The notes below the pieces were generated by a model. It was not told the DNA's origin. It made no database searches and saw only the letters and a list, made by a program, of their open reading frames with translations. A DNA stretch of 63,777 bases, filler included, from Aduncisulcus paluster (Eukaryota): assembly GCA_024181965.1 (NCBI GenBank). It is 34 parts of 34 records of this genome, joined end to end, with 100 filler letters (N's around TTAATTAATTAA, not from the genome) between each part and the next. Parts side by side here need not be neighbours in the genome. Positions count along the whole stretch, not along the records: positions 57,272 to 59,574 come from BQXS01000431.1; positions 59,675 to 61,019 come from BQXS01000432.1; positions 61,120 to 62,550 come from BQXS01000434.1; positions 62,651 to 63,777 come from BQXS01000436.1; 30 more parts are not named here. The stretch is one strand, 5' to 3'. Positions 59,292-63,777 of this stretch are shown here, piece after piece. The stretch's first letter is position 1. Each line of letters starts with the position of its first letter. The translations under genes and the position numbers were made by a program.

Positions 59292-59414
59292 AATGCCATA
59301 AATTAAATTTATTGTCAATGAGAAAATAGACCGAGTTAAAATAGTATTGACAGTGATTCAAAGTCAAGAAAAAAAAATAACCTTCGAAATCAAATCACTG
59401 GATTTTACAATAGT

Positions 59415-59458
59415 CTAAAAATAGAAATTATCTAAAAATAGAAATTATCTAAAAATAG
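59415..59458. repeat. Three tandem CTAAAAATAG motifs at a 17-bp period
   Basis: Copies at 59415, 59432, 59449; doublets also at 3574/3589, 16679/16694 and 36604/36619. Confidence 0.9.
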
Positions 59459-60039
59459 AATTTAAAAGATGGAAAATATATATAAAAAAAACTCCAATCC
59501 GTCATGGATATAATCCTTTTTCAATGATGGGAAAGCTAAATTCAAAGAATTTGAAAGATGTTTAAAATTAAACCNNNNNNNNNNNNNNNNNNNNNNNNNN
59601 NNNNNNNNNNNNNNNNNNTTAATTAATTAANNNNNNNNNNNNNNNNNNNNNNNNNNNNNNNNNNNNNNNNNNNNCCGAAATTTGAACAGAGAAAGAACTC
59701 GTAATAATTGATGATACTTTGAATAAATGGTCACAATTTGACTGTTGATGATTGTCAGTGCCACTGATTCCGAATCATGAGACTGTCTCACAAAGAATCA
59801 ATCTCGTTCTCACTCTGAACTTATTTTCGGTAATTTAGGGATAAAATAACAACAAGATAATTTATTAAGGATGAATTTGCAATTAAAATTTATGATCACC
59901 TTAATCTTGCCCACAATTAATTTTGAACCAAAAACTCTGTCGGTTTGGAAGCATTATACTTATTTTAAAGAGCAGACCACACTAATTCATATTCAAATTT
60001 TATTAATTTTTGTTATATTTGTTCTTTTTTTCTTATTCG

Positions 60040-61019
60040 ATGATATATAGAAAGATATATTCCAATAACCAGGAATGGAATTCATTCCGCCAAAAATATA
60101 TCACGAATTCTGTGCGAACTGCTAAATATACTTGGTATTCTTTTCTTCCACTCCATTTGTTTAATTCATTCCGACAAATATCCAACATCTACTTCCTCAT
60201 CGTTATTGTTGTCAACGCTATCCCCCTCTTCAATATTGTTCCTCCTTTTACCGGATGGATGCCTTTGGTTTTCGTTCTAACTGTCTCTGCTATTAGGGAA
60301 TTGATTGAAGATCTTCAGCGACAAAGACAGGACAAAGAGGCCAACAGTGCTGAATGTCTTGTAATTCACGACGGAAACCCAACCGAAGGTGTTACATCCG
60401 CAGATGTTGAAGTTGGAGATCTTATTTATCTTGATTCTGGAACAGAAATTCCAGCCGATTGTCTTCTCGTCACTTCTGATGATGGAGGAGTTTGTCATAT
60501 TGAAACTGCCAATCTTGATGGCGAAACAAGTCTTAAACGTAAGGTTGCTCCACCAGTATTTGACAATATCGACACAATTGACAAGTTGAGGAATTTGCGT
60601 GTTTTCCTTGAGATTGAACCTCCAAACAAGAAAATTGATAGTCTCAAAGGTCGTGTATTTCCAAAACAGCCCGTTCCTGAGGGTTGGGAAGGTGAACAAT
60701 CATCATATGGCATCGCTCGTCCCCCTTCTTCCGTCTCTAAAGAGCCTCTTCCGATTGAGATGATTTCTACAAGACAAGAAGCCATCGTTGAAACCGGTAG
60801 GAGCGTTGAACCTGATGATATCACCGGAAGAATCGATTCTATCGCTAATGAAACTCATCTCCCTTCTCCTCCTTGTGCTTCTGCTCCTGTACCCCTCAAT
60901 GGGTCCAATTTCCTGCCTAGAGGAGCTTCTGTCGCATATACAAAAGGTGTGTGGGGTCTTGTATTATACACTGGAGATGATACGAGACTTTTCCAGAACA
61001 AACAGGGATCAACCGTTAA
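60040..61019 (+). CDS. P4-type ATPase (phospholipid flippase), N-terminal part
   Basis: NSVRTAKYT..FLP, NIYFL, VGD, EIPAD, IETANLDGET.LK, G.V.YTG.DT. Confidence 0.95.
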
Positions 61020-61119
61020 NNNNNNNNNNNNNNNNNNNNNNNNNNNNNNNNNNNNNNNNNNNNTTAATTAATTAANNNNNNNNNNNNNNNNNNNNNNNNN
61101 NNNNNNNNNNNNNNNNNNN

Positions 61120-62550
61120 ATTTCTGCCCTCTCCTCCATGAATGCATTAACAGAGCTCAACCTCAGCAGCAACCCCTTATCCACAACACTATCTTCCTCC
61201 CTGACAACATTGTCCTCCCTGCCCTCTCTGACGACATTGATCCTGGATTCTGTTGGATTATGTGACACTTCCTTGCGTTCTCTCAGCATGTTCCCTGCAT
61301 TGTCCACCCTGTCCATCCGTTCGAATGGTCTCACGGACATCTCGCTCTTGTTCCCGATCTCTGGTCTGTCTTCGCTTGACGTGCGTGAGAACAAGCTGTG
61401 CAATGTGTCCGACACTGTGTATGCTGCACTGTTCCCTCTTTCGCCAGCTCTCTCCGTGAATGTGGGTAGCAGTGATTCTTTGATTGCTCAAGATTCATCG
61501 TATTGTGCACACTGTTCCGATGCTCTGTCTTCCATGACGCCCTCGGACAATGTTGTGTGTCGTGAAGTGTGGAGTGATGAGTATCAGGTCGAGTGTGCCC
61601 TGTTCAGTTATCGTGATTATAACTCCTCCTCCTCCTCTTCTTCGTCTTCGTCTTCGTCTTCGTCTTCGTCTGCTCCACCGACATGTGTCTCCCTCGATGC
61701 TTCACAATCCGCCTCTTCTATCCCATCGTGTGTCGATACACTTGTTGACTACCCCACAACTCAATGTGTTGTTGATGAAGGAATGGATGCTGCTTCTGTG
61801 CATTCTGATTGTATTGAAGATTGGTATGGTGATGATTGTGATTATGAGTGTCCATATATTGTGATGAGTGAGGATGACCTTGACACATTCTCCATGTGTG
61901 GTTATGCATATGGGCATGGAATGTGTGATGTCTACTCTCATGAATGTCTCTGCAATGATGGCTATGAAGGGGCTATCTGTCAGTATCTTGCTTACGATTC
62001 ACTTGAAGAATTCATCTGTTCAAATACATCCAATTCTTCCATTGTTACACTCTCCTCTGTAGATGGCAATGCATCCCTTGATTGTATTGGAAATGAATTG
62101 ACTCCTTCTGAGATGCTTGATATCATTGGTCTTGATCTCTCAACATCTAGTCTCTCTGATATCTCAGGGCTACGCTTTGCAACAAACATCGAGACTCTGA
62201 ATATCAGTGGATTGTTGTCATTAGATATCGATGAAGCCTTGTCAAGCATCCCAGCAGATTCTTTGACGACGTTGGTTATGGACTCTCTTGATGTTCATAT
62301 TGATACCGATTTCTCCAAGTTCACTCATCTTTCCACGCTTTCATTGCAAAACAACACATCCTTTTCTCTATCCTCTTCTTCATCTTCATCTTCACCATGT
62401 CTACCATCCTCACTCACTTCGCTTGATCTCAGTGGATGCTCGTCCTTCACAGATTTGTCTGCACTCGTTTCAACGGAAGCAGATGATTGCATGAATCTCA
62501 CCGAGTTGAGTGTGAATGGGATTGTTTTGACGAACAATGAAAGTCTTGCA
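61120..62550 (+). CDS. LRR plus EGF-like surface protein fragment
   Basis: LxxLxLxxN repeats; C...WYG..C...CP and C.C..GY.G..C modules. Confidence 0.87.
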
Positions 62551-62650
62551 NNNNNNNNNNNNNNNNNNNNNNNNNNNNNNNNNNNNNNNNNNNNTTAATT
62601 AATTAANNNNNNNNNNNNNNNNNNNNNNNNNNNNNNNNNNNNNNNNNNNN

Positions 62651-63777
62651 TCTAAATGAGAGGCCTTCAGTCTCTCCCTCTGACAAACCAGACATTCTGA
62701 CACGAATACCGATATATCCTTACGGATCCCTGTCCAAAGGATTCGATTTCTTTTAAGGAATTTTAAGGTCGAATTTATCCCTTTGTGCCCCGCGAGCAAA
62801 CTAGAGTGCCCCCATGTCAATAACTTTGTACGAAAATCGGGGTCTTCTGGGATATATAACTCCCCGGATTCCTTAATTAAGAGCCCATCCTCTGATGTCT
62901 CCAGCTTCTTTTCAGGCGGAATCTTCTTCTGTAGATCCTTCAATTCTCTAAACAACCCGTCATCCTTAATTTGAGACAGTCGAATGTTCTTGAAGGGACC
63001 TCGATTGACCGGTAAACGTGACAAACAATCCGCTGCTCCATTCCTGGTTCCTTGGATATGCTTAATGTCATAAGAATATTCAGACAAAGTTAGAAACCAA
63101 CGGCCAACTTTAGCATTTGGGGAGCTTTTCAGGAATGTTAAGTTTCGATGGTCGGTATGTAACACAAAGTGTTTACCCCGGAGAAAATAGTCCAGTTTAT
63201 GAACAGCGAAAACAATGGACCACGCTTCTTTCTCATATGTGGACCAACGCAACTGAGTTGAGTTTAATATTTTAGATATGAACGCTAGAGGTCTTGAGAT
63301 GCCCTCAGAGTCCCTCTGAAGCAATATTGCTCCGATGCCATAGTCAGAAGCATCCGTGAACAAATGTAACTCCTGCGTATCATCTGGAAATGTCAAGCAT
63401 ACAGCATTCTTAATGACTGCTTTTAACTTGATAAAATCAGTATCCACTTCCTCCGTCCACTCGAACTTGGTTTCTTTTTCAGTTAGTCGGTATAAGCGAG
63501 CGCACAGACTCGAACAACTCGGGATAAAGTCCCGAATGAAGTTTATCATTCCCAAGAAACTTCGAACATCAGACTTGTTGGAGGGTCTGGCCATCTTCAG
63601 AACTGCTTCTGTCCTTGTTGGGGATATCGTCCTTCCTTGTTTAGAAATAATAAAGCCCAGGTATTCTACTGCTCGAAAACCGAGCAAACATTTCTCTCTG
63701 TTGAGCACTAATCCAAATCTTTTGATTCTCTCAAGTACTAGTTCTACATTGTGCAGAAAATCAGTTATGTCTCTGCC
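62651..63777 (-). mobile_element. Ty3/gypsy pol fragment: RT thumb, RNase H and integrase HHCC
   Basis: EYLGF.IS, RSFLG, FTDASDYGIGA, EKEAWS, TDHRNL, N.AAD.LSR, H....GH.G...C..CQ. Confidence 0.97.

Noticed and set aside
1273-62650. Regularly recurring TTAATTAATTAA as a biological repeat or CRISPR-like array
   Set aside because: Always embedded in N runs with fixed 100-nt geometry, so it is a synthetic linker. The palindrome at 55694 contains TTAATTAA but has no Ns and is real sequence.

Overview
This window is not continuous genomic DNA. It is about 34 short contigs (roughly 1-5 kb) joined by 33 artificial 100-nt spacers (N44-TTAATTAATTAA-N44), so adjacency across spacers means nothing. Most contigs come from an AT-rich flagellated microbial eukaryote with standard code and GTATGT..AG introns. 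The gene families resemble those I associate with Carpediemonas-like fornicates such as Aduncisulcus, but that identification is inference. Host genes include CFAP300, proteasome beta4, ODAD1/DC2, CFAP52, Asterix, an ABCA transporter, eIF3c, uridine kinase, a SAMHD1-like dNTPase, a P4-ATPase, NAPE-PLD, expanded kinase, LRR/EGF and helical-repeat families, and a spliced 69-aa membrane microprotein. One contig (27105-28205) looks bacterial. About a third of the contigs are pieces of Ty3/gypsy retrotransposons, two with chromodomain integrases. Main discovery: five element 5' ends are visible, each a TG..CA LTR followed by a gag-like ATG. Four LTRs are very short (63-90 bp) and one is 228 bp. In all five the tRNA primer-binding site is missing and is replaced by a perfect 14-16 bp palindrome that overlaps the LTR end and differs in sequence between elements. 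This suggests a tRNA-independent (snap-back or dimer) priming mechanism that I do not know to have been described.
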